DNA of 64,000 nucleotides from Anthoceros angustus. Its lineage: Eukaryota; Plantae; Anthocerotophyta. The position numbers and the translations under genes are program-made. The notes beneath the pieces were generated by a model. The model did no database searches and was not told the DNA's origin. It saw only the letters and a list, made by a program, of their open reading frames with translations. The stretch lies in the NCBI GenBank assembly GCA_010909165.1, contig VJWM01000126.1:248001-312000 (forward strand), written 5' to 3'. Positions 13,105 to 27,200 of the stretch are shown in pieces (the first letter of the stretch is position 1; each line of letters opens with the position of its first letter).

Positions 13105-14522
13105 GGCGTCTCGCCAACTTATTGATAATTGCTTTTAACGCCAACCAACTACACGGTTGGCAGGCATCCCATTCAAGCAAGCACTTTGGATGTAACCATT
13201 GTCGAAAACCTCCAGGGACTGAGCGGACCCATCCACGCTGTCGTCACCCATAACCGTTGGTTCGACCCCATTCGATACTCTTGGTCTTGTGTCTTACGAG
13301 CGGTGGTGAGTAATGAATGACGAACTGTCACATACCTTAGAGAGGTTCTCAGGGATTTGGCCAGTGCCCAGATACTCATAAATTTCCATATACGTCGGTT
13401 TCGTGAAGCTCTTTCTCCCCTTCTCATTCGAGGCCATCTCGCCTCCGTTACCCCTCTTCGAATTGGGTTTGGCCCTCTCGTCCTCTACTTCTACTGCAAA
13501 CAGGGTCTCATCGGAAAAGTCATCCTCCTGGTCTCGTTCTTCCGTTGTAAAGGCTGTCAGCGGCCAGTCACTCTCCCTGAGATGCAGCTGGTTGTAACCG
13601 GAGTACCCATCCCAGAAGGAATAAGCCATCCTGCCTGCGACCAGATCTAAAATGTTGTCGATGAAGGGCAACGGAAAATGATCCTTCTTGGTGACTTTAT
13701 CCAACCTTCGCCAATCCGGAATTGCTCCCGGTTCCAGGTTGACTTCATCCGCCTGTACCCATTCCCTCTCTACTGGTGCGGAGCTGACCCCAAATCCCTC
13801 TTCTGGCTCTCGCGGTTCCTCTTCTCGCATGCCCCATTCTCTAAACAGATCTTCCGAGGTGAAACGCGTGATGCCCATTCCATTTTCCTCATCCGGTTGT
13901 TCCTGCACTTCGCCCCCTCCTCCTTCCATCAAAATCCTAGTGCAGTCGACAGTTACACCATAACAGCCCACCAGATTAATCGTGTGTGGGATATCTCTCC
14001 AATAATCGTGTTCCTCATCAGACCATGAGATGTGCGCGAAAGGGAATCTATCTTCTTCATCCGTTTCCCCCGATGTGTCCACTTTCTTGCCACCTCCTTC
14101 CTGCTTCCTTGCTCCGTGCATCTTTTTTCGTGACACAACGCCTCTTGTTTCGCCCTTGCCAACTCTTTGTTCTCCCGCATACGACCCTTCTTTCCTTCCA
14201 CCTCACCCCTTGATTTCTTCTTTTTCCTTCTGGCGCGCTCCTCATCTGACGACTCTTTCTCCGAGCTGTCATTCGTTTCTTCCGCCGTGGAATCCTCTGT
14301 GGAATCTTCTGAGGAGCTCTCCTCACCTGAAGAACTTTCTTCCGAGGAGGATGAGGAATCCCCTTTCTTTTTCCCCGTTTTGGACTTCTTTCTGTCCTTC
14401 TTAGCCTTCTTCTCCTCCTTCCTTAGCTTCTTCATCTCCTGCGGGTTAGATACCTCGTAGTTCAATACCGCCTGGATAGCTTTGCCCAAACTCTTCTCCG
14501 CTTGCAACCTTACGTGTCTCCC
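13105..14522 (-). pseudogene. gag 3' part and deleted pol (RT N-terminal fragment, connection, integrase pieces)
   Basis: ORF 13294-14136 contains DWRRLDKVTKKDHFPLPFIDNILDLVAG..YSFWDGYSGYNQ..TAFTT (gypsy RT N-terminus) and IYEYLGTGQIP. The integrase tail WMGP..VVGWR lies at ~13110-13260. A K/S/E-rich gag tail is in ORF 13953-14525. Confidence 0.85.
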
Positions 14523-15449
14523 CACTACTACACATCGGGTGTTTTTATCACGAGAAAAAAAACGTGGTTATATCGTTTAGGGTGAACTTATCACGTGGGG
14601 TTTCTATGTGATGGCGTTATTTTACCCGACATATCCAACACGACATAAAGATAAGTAAGGGGGTTGCTGGTTCCGGTCCCAGCGTGAACGGTTGCGGCGA
14701 ACGAGGTCACCGCATGTGCATCCCACGGAAATAGAAACGAAACGCAAACTCGCCGCCGTCCTGCTTGTCCTAAGAACTGCTCGATTATGGAAGTCCGTGG
14801 TCGGTCTCGCGTTACCGGACGGTGAAGTGAGTCCGACCGGACGGTGATGGAAACCCGTCCGGGTGGTCGATTTTGCCATACCCAACCGGCGATGCGCTAA
14901 GACGCGACTGCGGCACGCATTGTCCGCGTATCATCACAATGTGTCGACTATGGCGACGTCAGACGCAGTAGATGAACTCGCCACTCACTCGGCTGTCCAT
15001 TTCAAAATTCAAAAAGCGATCGTGTAATGTACTTGAGTGGAAATACTTATTTTACTATTAAGGTAAGCGGTTTTAGTCCTCTTTTTCTCCCGCTGAAAGT
15101 GGTTTTCCCAACAATTATAACATTACTTGGAATTTAATTATCGGCTTCCCATCACGGTAATAGTGAATTGGGTTATTGAGTCACCAAAAACAAAATCATT
15201 CGATACCAAATTAGGGTCCTTGATGTTCAACTCCTTACCTAGTTACACGACTCCAAACGGCACCCCATCTGGGGCAACCATGGCTAACATGGCCTCAACC
15301 AATCGCAAATCATTGTCTAGGCTGCCCAACGCCAAAAGCCACATTGTCTATAATGGTCCTCAAGATTCACCCGCTGCACTGCTCACCGAGATCGGAGGAT
15401 CTTTGGTTTTCGCCGCCCGTTTTCTGAGCAACCCTCGCTCGCTCATCCC

Positions 15450-17210
15450 CAGACGAGGTCCATTCAACAACCTCCTCCTTAGGAGGAGCCTTGGTTTACC
15501 CCGCATCCATGGATGAATCAATGGTCCCTCCCATAAATTGCATCATTCCTCCACAAATCCACGACATATTGGGATGATGCTGCACTGCAGCCCATGTGTG
15601 CTACATCCGGTTCCTCGCCGTGAAAGTCACAGAGAATGTCCCATCCGTGCCATTCGCAAAAAGGCGTTTGTTAGTTCCCAATGACTATAGATGGGACCAT
15701 GTCATTGGTTGGTAGCAGTATCTGCATGCAATTTCACTCAACCGACCGCCGAGCCAGCTCCGGGTCACTTCTGCTTGATGTTGCAGTTGAGGTGAAGGTG
15801 TGCCTGCCGGGCACGAGCAAGGCTCCAAGCCGGAGGTCATGTGCACTCTTCGCCCACGGTGTTGCACCGCGCCATAAGTCCATCATCCGTCTCCGCACCT
15901 ACACAACTACCATCATGCACTCGGTCAAGTCTATCTCTTGAGCTTGTGGGCGTGACGACACCCAATGGGTTGGCCTAACATCACTGCGGCCATCTCCGCA
16001 TGTCCATTGCCACCTTTTCGTTTCAGCCGTGTAGGCATCTCCTCGACCTCATGTCATGAGCCGCCTTTCTGCACGAGTGGGGATCCGACCCCACTTCATG
16101 TGAAAAGCCTTGGGAGGCCTCTTGCTCCACCACGCCCAAAAGGGTTGCATCCTGCACTTATACTTATCCATCCGCTTGTGGCCGGCCGTGGGCGAGGCCA
16201 CACCTCCACCCCTTGCAAGCTCTCGCACTCCAAACTCCACCGCCTCCCGCCACGATCGATACCCTGCACCCTAGTCCGACATCGTGTCCAACACCTTCCC
16301 ATACTCGCATTGAGCGGCCGCCACCTTCACGCGCAAAACGGAAATTCCACGCGAAGAGACAGAGAACTGGTTGATGAAGTCTCGGTTCGTGACACTTGGA
16401 CAAGTCCTGCACAAGATCCACAAGTTCCAAACTCGCGGTGCTTGACCATGGCTTCAAGATAGTGCACCTTGAGTGAATCCTGATCCGCTTGTGGAAGGTG
16501 CTCTTTGTGTCCCCTCCAACACCTCCAAATATGGCTTCCTCGCCCACATGATCGCTACCAAGTAGATTTGGCCTCGCAGTTGCCTCGTGTAGCCAGTGAC
16601 TCCATGCACCCTAGCAACCGCCTTCAACACATCCGTTAGTGCAATTGTGGGCAAAATATTGTACAAAGCTTGAACAAGAGGCGGACGGTTTGGATGTCTC
16701 CCCGCCTCGCAAACCGCCTCAAGTGCTTCCTCCGTCTTCGCCAAAATCATCCTCGTAGTATCCCTCCCCGTCCACGCCGTAATCGCCATCGACCTCAATC
16801 GGATACAAACCGCCTGTCCTACATGTCCTCCGGACAATAATTCATCAACAATGGTCCCCTTCGCTCGACCATTGTCTCGGGCGTCGACACCACGAGTGCC
16901 CTTGCAATTAAACAAGAGCGGGCCACCAAATATGAACAGGGACACCGGCAAGGGGCGTAAAGTGGGTGGATGATGCGCCATCTTGTCGTCATCATCAACG
17001 CCCCGCTGTCCTTTGCTCGCCATGGCGTAATCTCCTCCTCCTCCTCCAAGGAGCCTTCTATGGGAACCCTTGTAAGGTTGCGGCCCTAACCGGCTTGTAA
17101 ATTTGCCGCCTCCCGAGGGCTCCATCTTGGTCACGGTTGCCGAGATGGCTCCACGTTTCCTCGCATGCACACCGTCCAAAAGAATTTTGAACACATCCAC
17201 TATCACTTAC
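15450..17210 (-). pseudogene. CACTA TnpA-like second ORF, frameshifted
   Basis: Position downstream of TnpD within the TIRs, plus residual minus-strand ORFs (16454-17206). Sequence similarity is only weakly recognisable. Confidence 0.45.
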
Positions 17211-17449
17211 GTCGACAAAGGCGTGATGCCTGGCCGGTCCACACTAATGCACGCAGTGGAGCATTTCATCGCCGTGCTCCGCCTTTGCTCTGCCGCTCCA
17301 GCCCTCTTCTCACGGTGACAACAATTGCTTGCCACCGTCCCCGGGCACCCAATGGTGTAATTCCTCGCGACACCATCGTACAAGCTAAGCTGCAATGCAA
17401 GCTCCAACTCGGTCCCATCGACGTCCCACTCCGCCATTCCTAGAGGACC

Positions 17450-20400
17450 AAAGTGCCTACTAGAATCGACTCGAAGCCCAATTGTGGTCTTTATTCAAGG
17501 ACTCAAGTGTTTTGGCGTAAATTGCATACCAAATTGCTTCCGATTCTGCTTTCGCATGGGATGATGGTCCCGGCTTCTAAACTCGGACTCCGTAGATACT
17601 ACTTCTATCCAAACGTGGCAAGGAGAGACTTACCGGAGCAAGCGTTAACAACGAGCTAACGGTGAGTGGTCAAAATGGTATACACTCACATATGCCATTT
17701 CCATCATCATTGTTTGATCGAGACCTTACACACACCGCAGCGTGTCATAATGGATGTTAGAGCATGGTAATTTCGCCTAAGGGCCCGCGAGTCCCACCGC
17801 AATACAAGCCGCATATATCCTCCACGCCTGTTAGAACATCAAAGTTTATGCTTCTAGGGCTCACACGAGCGGTCCCACCGGCGTACTGTGCATATCATCC
17901 ACGCCTGCTTGCATTACATCCCGATGAGCAAACACTTGAGTTACATGCGCGGAAAGTGTAGGGCCTGTTTGATGGTTCCGATTATACCGACGGTACCGTG
18001 TCAACTCCCGAAATCAAAATCACGCACCATGGATGGTGGCTCTTTCGTCACCGAACATTGGTACCAATGCACATTCAATATGATTGTCCGAAAGTCTCCT
18101 CCTTCACACTCCACTTCAAGGATCTCCAATATCCGGCCGAAGAACTCAGCTGTTTCACTGGCACCTACCATCTCAAATGACCCGTAAACCCAGCTATCCT
18201 GAGTGGATGTCCGACCTTCATCACCGTCCAGTGATCTAAAATGGTATCCCCTTGTATTCAAGCCTCGATAACTGTTCACCACAGTCCTTGGGCCCCACGA
18301 TGTAGCTATGACGCGTCTCGCTCCGGTGGTCAGCCCATCCACCCACCGCAAGGACTCCCGCAACCACATCATGAAATCCACGCCATCCGAGCCCTCCATA
18401 GCGTGTCTACTTCTCATTGGCGAGGACTTGAATGCGAGTAGGTACTGAAGGCGCTTGCGGCCGGGTGGAGTGTCTTTTTTTTTGCCCAACCAACAACTCC
18501 TCTTTGTGCAAATGGCAATTTCTACGATATAGTGTGGCATGCTCAGAAGGATGTCCGATATTCACCGGCATAATGCATGGCCTCCATGGCCACATACCCG
18601 GGCCATGCTCCCTCCGGTCTTGCTCTTTGAACATGACTTTTAGGACCGCATGTACCGCTGTTGTGGTACATCCGGTGCAATGAACTGCTCCATGCTTCCA
18701 CTTCCACAAGGTGTATAATAAGATGTCGCATGCTATTCCGTAAAGTTGATGGCATGTGCATTTCCAAGGACACCATGATGTCTATGACCTCCAACTTCAT
18801 CCATGGAATATCGGCAAATCTCCTTGGAGCACAACCATCTATACATCCCGAGGCGCCACAACTTGGAACTCGCGAGGTGGCAAACGGCCCCGCAAAGGCA
18901 ATGGGCGATAGTACCGCAATGCATAATGCCAATCATGGCTTTTCATGCTGACTTTCGGGCCAAGAAACATGCCTTCAAATTTGCACTGAAACCTGGCGGC
19001 CTCATATCTCTATTTCGTTGATCGCTGGAAATCACACGCAATAGGACATACGAGGCATCGTGCGATAGCATCCTCATCCTCCATTGCCCATAGCCGTGGC
19101 TTTGAGTCAATTTCTTCCAACCGCCTGCAGCCAATGGTGTCACTTTTGCCACTTAAGGTGGACCATATGCTTGTTATTTACCTCCACATGCATAATATCC
19201 TTTATCCATAATTTGTGTGTAAAACACAAGTAAGGCAAAGCACGCAGGATTAGACCATTCCTAGTCACCCCCATACGCCATGTCGCATTCGGGCACTGCA
19301 TTGCTCCAACGCTCCATTTCCGCAATTACGTCCGCACGGCGAATTGGGCGCATACCACCTCCGGCTTGTTGTTGAAAGCCTCGCGGTTTCGACTGCGTGG
19401 TCATCCATGCCCGGACCCCACTGCGATGCCCCTCAAACAAACATTTGTCGAGATCCGACCACCTCGCACCAAGACCTGCACTACTCAATACAAGCCGCTT
19501 TTCGACCAAGACCCAAACAACGTCCCTAGTCCCGGGTAGTCACATGTGGCCATAATAAGTGCTCCCCGAGAGTGAAATGCGGGTTGATCGGGCTTCTGTA
19601 ATCCTCGCAAGGGATGCCATGCCATAATTGTAATCAAATCAATGGCTCGAGGTAAACATCAAAGTTTGGGACTGGCGTGGCTCAGGATAATCAAAGATAA
19701 GAGTATCCTCTCCTTCGCCGACACCCAAGGAGGAAGGTTATGAATGATCAACATAACAGGCCGATTGATTTTGCATTTGATCGATGCACCGGGTTCACCC
19801 CATCCGCTGCAATCTTGAGACGAAGGTTTCTATGGTCATTGCCAAAATCATCCACGCCATCAAGTACTCTCCACGCCGTGTATTCGCTAAACTTCCCATC
19901 CGATCCGGCGTTCTTTGCCCACCATGTCATTTCACTTGCGAGGTTCGGACACTTGAAAAGCCGTTGGAGCCACCAGAGAAGTGGGAAGTGAAAGAATGTC
20001 TTAAAAGGCACTCGGTTGTTCCGCCTACTCGTCCGTCAAAGTCCGCATCGGTGGCGCGGTTGCGACGCCTCTGTCACCCAAGATATACTACAATCGCGCT
20101 GCACGCTGTACAAACACTTTGAGATAGACAGCAGATCTTATGTGCTTCCGCTCGCTACTTGGAAGCGTTCGGGCTTGGGCAAAAGCAATGTGTATCACAT
20201 AGAAAATCTTGTTCATCGTGTCCGAGATGTTGAACGACTCTTGGACATGAAGCGTAGCCACGTAATCCGACTTTGATCACTTGCACCGCCACAATGTCAA
20301 AAGAGGCTGCAATTCATCTTCATGCATGCCTTGGCGCTTGCGCCATGTGTCCACCAAGTCTCATTGTCGCCGCCCCTCCTCTTGTTCACGAGCATCCAAC

Positions 20401-22050
20401 TTCCATGATCGGGCGGGTGAAGCGACCTCACGGACTCACCGTGATAGCACCCCATGTCCCGGCCTGCTTCACCTCCATCGACCGTAGCCTGCGAGGATCT
20501 CGGGGGCGTACTGACCACGCCTCGCCACTGTCCATGGTAGCACGGGTGGAGCAACATCAACCAGGCGAACCTTGCATAACTCCCATTCCAACGCCAAATG
20601 CCCCGCATCGTGGCCATTGCCGGAGCGACTCTCCTGTTGATCTATTTGCCTTCCCCAGTCGACCCCGCAAGGACCATGAAAAGTGAGCACACGGTGCTTG
20701 GCATGGACACGGATAAGTTGGCTTGAGCTAACCCACGAATTGACGTAACAACGATGGTGACGCGTGGCGTATAGCAATGTCGCCCGGACCCTCCTACTCG
20801 TTGGAGTGCAATCGGGCACAATAAACTGCTGAATTTCACGATTCCTCATTGGGTGAACTGAGGCGTCGGCCGCAAATGGGTGGGCGAAATCACTCCCCAA
20901 GTGGAGCGGGGTTGGGGGAGGTGTGGTTTGCTTGCAACCGTAATCCGGATTGTTCTTAGCATTTTGAGGAATATTCCATACATGCCTAGGTACTTGGGTA
21001 CTTGGAGGTACACCATGTACCATGTGCCGCCACTCCCACTGTTCCAAATAGTTACGCTTGGAATGGGGCATATAAGGAAGCCCCTACTACGTTGTCCTCA
21101 TTCGCATTCCTCGAGCCGGCGAGGAGAGTCCTTGCTTGCATCCGAAGCCGTGGTGTCGTAAACATGGCTGGCATAGTCGAGGAGCACTGAATGAAGAAAA
21201 CGTGTGTGGCCGCGGAGGCACGAACTCCACCGGACACTAGCGAAATGACTCTGCGCCTGGAACCCGAGCGCATGTGAGACGCAGCGCAGCGGTTGGCAGC
21301 CCAAGAGGTGTGGATTTGGGAACATGCTCCGCCGTGATCGGGATTATGTTTGCGCCAAGGCATACCGAATCGCAGAGGTCGATGTTCCGACATTTGGACT
21401 CGGGCTCGACGATGGGTGATGCAAGGCGTAGCACCGGAGCTTGAATGCTTTGGAGAGGATTACGATCGCCGTCTTGTGCACGATGGAGGCCCTTTACCAT
21501 TGAGACGGAACTCCATGAATGGGACGTAAGAATTGGTGGGTTGCGCGCGAACCGGTGGGCCTGCATGTCACGCGCTAAGGAGCCGGGTGCGCATGTGGTT
21601 GACATTGTGGAGGAGATGAGGACTGCCACATTTTGCCGAACCCCTCGGTTGTGGAGATTGGAACTGCGACACGCTTTTTGTCCCAGCCGCCTCCGGGAAG
21701 TTCGACGTACTCGTGTGGAGCGGGAACCGCGTTGATCCACCTCCAAGCACACAAGGCGCATGAGTGAACACCCCTTCCTACTCGAGAGATGACATCAAGG
21801 TAGTTCGACAACCCGAGGAATTAATGGGGCCGGCTTGTTCAAACGCTACCGGTGGGACCTCCGTGGGACAAGAAGCGGCTCACGCTGTGGATCGGACTGG
21901 CGGCGCCATGCGCCTGCTTTATGTGTCACTTGCAAGCCCATCGCGCAGTGAAGATCATGAAGAAGGCCATGGATGTTTTGGTTTGCTGGGCATCGAGAGG
22001 CTGCCTTTTCACCTACAGATGAGCACCTAGTGTGCTATTCCACGGTGGGC
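17450..22050 (-). pseudogene. CACTA TnpD-type transposase (Transposase_21 / DUF4218 / DUF4216-like), heavily frameshifted as assembled
   Basis: Fragments EWRHM..VP..PRHVW..LHLGSDFAHPF (20469-21071) and KLEVIDIMVSLEMHMPSTLRNSMRHLIIHLVEVE (18543-18932) match TnpD motifs. Boundaries are approximate. Confidence 0.75.
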
Positions 22051-23480
22051 TGAATGATGAAGCAAAGCACCGTGTTCTTGATGCTTGCGACTTGATCGCC
22101 CGCATTGTATTGGTGGACGCAGGGTCTGCAATGTGGCCGGAATGCATTTGCATTTAAGTTCGCCCGCATGCCCGCACGCCCGATTGATGTTGAGGTTACG
22201 CCGATAGTGGACATCAATACTAGCGGTGTGATGTGCCACAATCGGATAGGAATGGCGTAAAGGCCACCCTACATGGCTGTTTTGAGCGTGGGATAGCAGT
22301 TATGCACCTAGTCGGCATTTTAGTTTACCCGACTTGTGGGTATGTGGCCTCGTTAAATATGCATTGGCTTCTCACTTTTTTTGAATGTGGATTGTTGCCA
22401 TGTAAGTGGTTGCGGCGTTGTTAATCAATGTATAATTGTATGGTAAGCGTTGGAGACACATTGTTGGAACAATGCCTCTGTCGTTTTCATTCGGGCACCG
22501 CGTTTCAACCACATGTCCGTGACCCTACTGGGTGCAATTAGATTAGCGGTGATCGAGATGGGTGCAATTAGACTAGCGCGATGGCCGGTAATCTAATCGC
22601 ACCCATCTCGGCCACAAGCTACCCTGCCGACGTCGGGCGAAAGGCCGTGGGAGTGGGATCGTGTCCAATCGTGAAGACTCGGATGGATAGACCCAACCCC
22701 AAGGGATTTTTGGACGATTGTCCTCATGTACAATGATCGACAATCGGCAGCCATGCTGAACCCATCACGCCTCGGTATCGCATGGTCGACATCCATGTCC
22801 GGAGGCACATAATCGAACTGACATGACGGGTTTAGCTTTGGCGCCTCTCCGTCCATGGTATGATATCGGGATTTAATTCCGATCGTCCTTGGTTCGTACA
22901 TGGCTGGACTTTGTATCGCACCGTTTCTCATCGCGGCCAGCAGTGGGCTGTTTGTGCAACCCATTGATTCCGAACACATGCAGATAGTGCAGCACAGTCA
23001 TCTTTGTTCTCGGATTGCCTTTTCATCAAAGTTAGATCGAACATACTTGAGACCACCACGCCCAACTGGCTCCCAGCACTTGTGTAGGACAAACTCCAAA
23101 CCCAAAAACTTGAATGCAATCTGCGGGCCGAAGCCTCCTCCGCGCAAGCACGCCACCGACACCGACCTTCTCGGCCCGCCATTGTCCGACCGCCAATGGA
23201 ACCGTGCACATCGCACAAGAACCGAGCCCCAACATGGAACCCTAATCGATGGCTCATCCCGGTAAGTCCGGTAGAGATTCGCGTTCACCGGTCGGTGGGA
23301 AAGTTTTCCCGGAGGTATGTCAACTAAATGACGTTTTTGCTTCGCGTTGTACTTTGAGTATTTTAAAGGCCACCCAAGATGAGTCGGGGAACCCATCATA
23401 TGCCATATGACGCGAGTTATAACGCAAAGCACCCAACGTTGTAATGCTCTCGTCATAAAAACACCCGATGTGTAGTAGTG

Positions 23481-24270
23481 CCCCATCTTAGAACCCAGGC
23501 CCTTAGCGAACCACCGTATTGCCTGCAGCTCCGAATGAGGACCACTACGATCACGCAAGCTGTGAAACCTCTCAACATACGCTTGCAAGGTTTCCTTCCT
23601 TTCTCTTTGCAACCTCTCAAGTTTGGACAACACATAACCCTCCACGTCAATTCCCCTAAACCTCTCACAGAAGGCGTTTTTCAATTCTTCAAAGGTGGCT
23701 GGGGGTGTGGCTGACTTGAGGTACTCACGCCTGTACCACTTTGCTGGACCTCCCAAGAACTCCATAGAAACGATTGAATCTTGTGCATCGCCACTCGGTT
23801 TGCAAATGTCATGCTCAAAACGCTCAACAAAGGATCCTCATACCTTCCCTCTCCATACAATGGGTAAGGTTGCTTGGTGGTGACCGCCACCGCCGCGTGT
23901 GGACATGACTATCGTGGTGATTCGGTAACCATGGTGGATTGAACGTGTCTGCGGAAGTTGATTTTGATACAGCGCACACACGGAAGAGAGGTCAGAAGAC
24001 AAGATTGGTCCAAGGTCCCTTGGCCGTGGTACCTCGTCCAAAACCAGAGATTGGGGATCTTGCTCCAACAGGATCGGACCCCCGCTCCCTGGTTGATTCC
24101 GTGCCTCCTTTCCTCCTCCAGCAAGTACGTCCTCCAATTGGACCCTCCTCAACTCCCGGTTCGCAACCCTCTTCAATCTTTCCAGTGCTTGGCGCTGTTG
24201 CTTCGCTTGAGCCTTTCCTTCCCGACTTGACTCTGGACCCTCCCGCTCAACCCGTGGCATCCATCTACCA
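23481..24270 (-). pseudogene. gag 5' part (Retrotrans_gag-like) of the Athila-like element
   Basis: GPAKWYRREYLKSATPPATFEELKNAFCERF..LERLQRERKETLQAYVERFHSL..WFAKGL, lying just inside the PBS. Confidence 0.85.
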
Positions 24271-27200
24271 AACTAGTTTCACTCAAAAGAACTAGGTGCC
24301 TAAGCTATGGTTAGTCCTTCTTATAATCTTGACTGCAGTTTCATTCCCCGGCAACGGCGCCAAAATGTGGAATGGGTTTTTGCATCCGATGACGCAAAGA
24401 GGCCACATTTACCCTCTATGTCGTTATAGTCCTAGGATTCGATCCCAAGGGAATGGTTTTGTGTCAAGATGTTCCAAAACTATGGATTCTAGTCCTCCTA
24501 CAATCGCCTACCTACCATAATCAACTACGTGTCCGATCCCATGACTGGTGGGTTCGGCCACCCCGTGGATTCCGCCACCGCCGTGGTGATTCGCCACCGC
24601 TGCGTGGTGGATTCCGCCACCGCCGTGGTGGATTCCGCGCCCGCCGTGGTGGATTCCGCCACGCTGGTGGATTCCGCCACGTGGTGGATTCGCCACCGCC
24701 GTGGTGGATTCCGCCACGTGGTGGATTCCGCCACCGCCGTGGTGATTCCGCCACCGCCGTGGGATTCGCCACCGCCGTGGTGGATTCCGCCACCGCCGTG
24801 GTGATTCCGCCACCGCCGTGGATTCCGCCACGCCGCGGGATTCTCACCACCGTGGTGGGTTCGGCCACCGCGGTGGCGATCCAACCTGTGGTGGACCCAC
24901 CCGACCGGGCGCATGCGATCGACTATTTGGCACCCGGTTCCCCTGCTACGCTCGTTAAGGGCTATGGTCCTATGCACACAGATTCACATGTACACCAAGT
25001 CACACTCATGTAGATTCACACCCAGAGCTCACTGGTGGATGCACACCATGGCCACGCACGCCGCGGCACCTCACTCCGTCGCTAATTCCCTCCGACCCCA
25101 CAATTTATTCCCAACCTTCCTCAGCGCTGCTTTTCTGGACGCGCCACCACTTCCACTCTCTCCTTCACACAACGACTCACTCACCCCCACAGACCCCTCC
25201 TTGGTCACAGACCCCTCCTTGGGCCACAGACCCCTCCCACACAGACCCTCCTTGGGTCACAGACCCCTCCTTAGGCCACCACAGACCCTCCTTGGGCCAC
25301 AGACCTCCTTGGGCCACAGACCCTCCTTGGGCCACACAGACCCCTCCTTGGGCTGACCCTCCTTGGGCCACACAGACCCCTCCTTGGGATTAGACACATC
25401 TGGTTAGGCAGTGGGTTGGGAAAGGAAAAAATTTGGTTGGCTCACAGCGATTCGCACCATGATCTCACTCCGGTCCCTAAAATTTCCGGCATGCATTGAA
25501 CACCACGATGGATGGTGGCAAAGACATGATGGTGGAAAGAGGAGAGGAGAGAGGAGGAGGCAAGTGTAGCTCTCTCACATTGAGATGAGGCTTGGAGGTA
25601 TTTATACCTCCAATAGGCTCCTAGGAAGCTCCACAAGAAGCCCTAGGAAGGAGCACAAGAAGCTTCCTAGTGATTAGCTTAAGCTAAACTAATGATACTT
25701 AATCGACACCTAACTTAGACTAAGTGTATTAGTCTAAGTACATTGGGCTTTAATACCCTTACAACCTCCCACTTAAAGGCCAATTTACCTTCAGAAGAAT
25801 GGACTATCTCATGCCCATCGTTGTCCGAGCTTGTGCAAATTGCTCGTAGAGAGTCCCTTGGTAAGAATATCTCAGGGTTCGCCGGTGTGAACCTTGACAA
25901 GTTGTACCCTCTTGTCGTCCAACACCTCTCGAATGAAGTGATACTCACATCCACATGTTTAGTCTTCGCATGAAACATCGGATTCTTTGCCAATTGATAG
26001 CACTGCTATCACAATGCAACACCGCGCTCAACCTTGATCCCCAAGTCTCCCACTAAACGAGCAAGCCATATGGCTTCCTTGCAAGCCTCGTCGCAACATA
26101 CTCGGCCTCTGTGGTAGATAGCGTAATGCACGATCGCAAACGAGATCGCCATGAGATCGCACATGAAGACATAACGATGTGGACCTCCTTTTGTCCATAT
26201 CCTGATAATCAGATCTGTACCCAACCACACATGCATCTTCACTACCAAAACATATGCACAAAGCTTTTGTACCATTCAGATACCTCATAACTCCTTTTAT
26301 CGCCTCCCAATGCTTCTTGCCGTGGTTTGACATAAACTCGCTAACCACTCCCACCGCAAAGGCAATGTCGACGGTAGCAATCATTGCATACATCAAACTC
26401 CCTACTGATGAGTATGGGACCTTCTCCATTTCAGCTTTTGTCCTCCTCGTAGCTTGGGCAATCGCTTGAAAGTTTCACATATGGAGGCAATGGAGTACCC
26501 AATGGCTTCCCTTCTCCATGTTGAAACGTTGAAGCACTATTCCGTCGAGACAAATAAAGCGGGCTTATACATTCCGACGCATGCCAAGTATATGGCTCGC
26601 CTCCCAAGTCTCCATTTCAAAGTGAGCATTCAACTTTGACTTCAACAAATCTCATCAAGAAGAATTAGCATATCATCCACATAGAGGATCAAAATGAGCA
26701 AGCTTTGATCCTTAGCTTGCTTCAGATAGAGGCAATGATCCTCATCGCCACGCTTTGTAGCCTTGAGAAAGCATAAATGAGTGGAACTTGTGATACCACT
26801 GGTGCCTGCTTCAAACCATAAAGGCTCTTCCTCAACCCGCACACCGATGCTCTTTGCCCTTCTCAACAAAACCTTCGGTGCATGTAGACGTCCTCTTGAA
26901 GGTCACCATGCAAGAATGCCGCCTTGACATCCATCCGCATAAGTTCCATATCATCCGCAACCAAAGCAAGAACACATCGCAAAGTTGTCATTTTGACTCG
27001 GTGAGAAAATCTCATCAAAGTCAATGCCTTGTTGCTTGAAACCCTTAGCAACCAATCGTGCCTTGTACTTTGGTTTGCCATCAAGGTATGACCTTCATCT
27101 TGTACACCATTTGCAGTAGTGCCTTCTTATCCTTAGGCAACGAACCAACTCCCAAGTTTGGTTCTTATGCGGTAATTCATTTCGATCGCATGGCCTTCTC

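Larger units (their letters stand above)
14523..23480 (-). mobile_element. Complete CACTA (En/Spm) DNA transposon, 8958 bp
   Basis: The left end CACTACTACACATCGGGTGTTTTTATCACGAG and the right end CTCGTCATAAAAACACCCGATGTGTAGTAGTG form a 32-bp TIR with 1 mismatch. 3-bp TSD CCC on both sides. Removing the element restores gag ..WFAKGLGSKMG|RHVRLQAEK. Confidence 0.95.

Noticed and set aside
11802-25371. Pro/Trp/Arg/His-rich ORFs at 11.8-12.8 kb and 24.4-25.4 kb
   Set aside because: Translations of LTR minisatellites, open in several frames at once.
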